IMG/VR virus record: IMGVR_UViG_3300016476_000328
Span: 1 to 46,535 of that record
Source: a virus
Lineage: Duplodnaviria; Caudoviricetes
Direction: 5' to 3' (one strand)
DNA length: 46,535 nucleotides
In this document: positions 46,042 to 46,535 of the stretch, piece after piece
How the letters are laid out: each line of letters begins with the position of its first letter
Position numbering within the stretch: the stretch's first letter is position 1
The notes under the pieces: generated by a model
Told to the model about the DNA's origin: nothing
Database searches by the model: none
The model's input: the letters and a program-made list of their open reading frames with translations, nothing else
Position numbers and translations under genes: made by a program

Positions 46042-46535
46042 ATGTGGACTAGCGAGAATAATTGGTACAAGTGGTGGTATGGAAAAGACCTGTTTGGTAG
46101 ACAGACAGGCTCTTTGCCATGGAGTACCTCTTATCAAGCAAATGTCCAAAGTGTAGGCACCTTCAAAGAAGAATTGCACCGTGCAGCACGTAGCACCTTA
46201 GATCACTACAGTGGGTTAAAACCCTGCGTCTTTTTCAGTGGTGGAACCGAGAGCGAAGTGGTGTTGCGTTCCTATTTAGACGTTGGCGCAGATCCCATAG
46301 TTAACATCTTTAGGTTTGAAGATCATATTAATGAGTATGATGTTAGCTATGCTATTGTGATCTGTAATTTACTTGGCGTCAAGTATAACATCATAGATTT
46401 TAACCTGCACCGATTCTTTGAGAACGATGCAGAGCAGGTTAGTGAGATAGCACAAGTAGATAGACCTCGCGGCCTACCACAGCTAAAGTTTCTGGACTAT
46501 ACAGAAGGCTTTGCAGTACTAGGCATAGGAGATCC
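46042..46535 (+). CDS. PP-loop/asparagine-synthase-like protein, 3'-truncated
   Basis: Open from ATG 46042 to the window end; VFFSGGTESE resembles SGGxDS. Confidence 0.6.
   Translation, partial: MWTSENNWYKWWYGKDLFGRQTGSLPWSTSYQANVQSVGTFKEELHRAARSTLDHYSGLKPCVFFSGGTESEVVLRSYLDVGADPIVNIFRFEDHINEYDVSYAIVICNLLGVKYNIIDFNLHRFFENDAEQVSEIAQVDRPRGLPQLKFLDYTEGFAVLGIGD

Noticed and set aside
1-46535. Stop-codon reassignment as seen in some large phages
   Set aside because: Known genes (polymerase, clpA, def, uvsE) are full length under the standard code and neighbours abut at their stops

Overview
This 46.5-kb window looks like part of a large lytic dsDNA (jumbo, T4-like) phage. It is densely coded, almost entirely on the + strand, and uses the standard genetic code. 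A Bug/TctC protein and a phasin-like gene behind a PhaR-type palindrome suggest a betaproteobacterial host (inference). In order, the window holds: IF-1, spanins, peptide deformylase and ClpA; a collagen-repeat tail fibre and other structural genes; a 3TM holin, UvsE and a phasin-like gene; host-like metabolic genes (methyltransferase, TctC, Fpr, MTA/SAH nucleosidase); an ORF-free ~480-nt structured region behind a sigma70-type promoter; a 14-kb block of 11 genes sharing an M-[RK]-hydrophobic-x-E leader (likely head-packaged, protease-processed proteins, several with enzyme motifs); Dps, DNA polymerase B and a probable clamp; and a QueD-like/DpdA-like/oxidoreductase/glycosyltransferase DNA-modification cluster. 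The most striking signal is inside the 1049-aa ORF at 31506-34655. Eight nucleotide-identical 17-bp repeats (AAGGTGTGGCGGAAGGC, reading x-G-V-A-E-G) separate unrelated in-frame 46-101-codon modules. This suggests a cassette array encoding a cleavable polyprotein. All calls come from reading motifs by eye; no searches were run.
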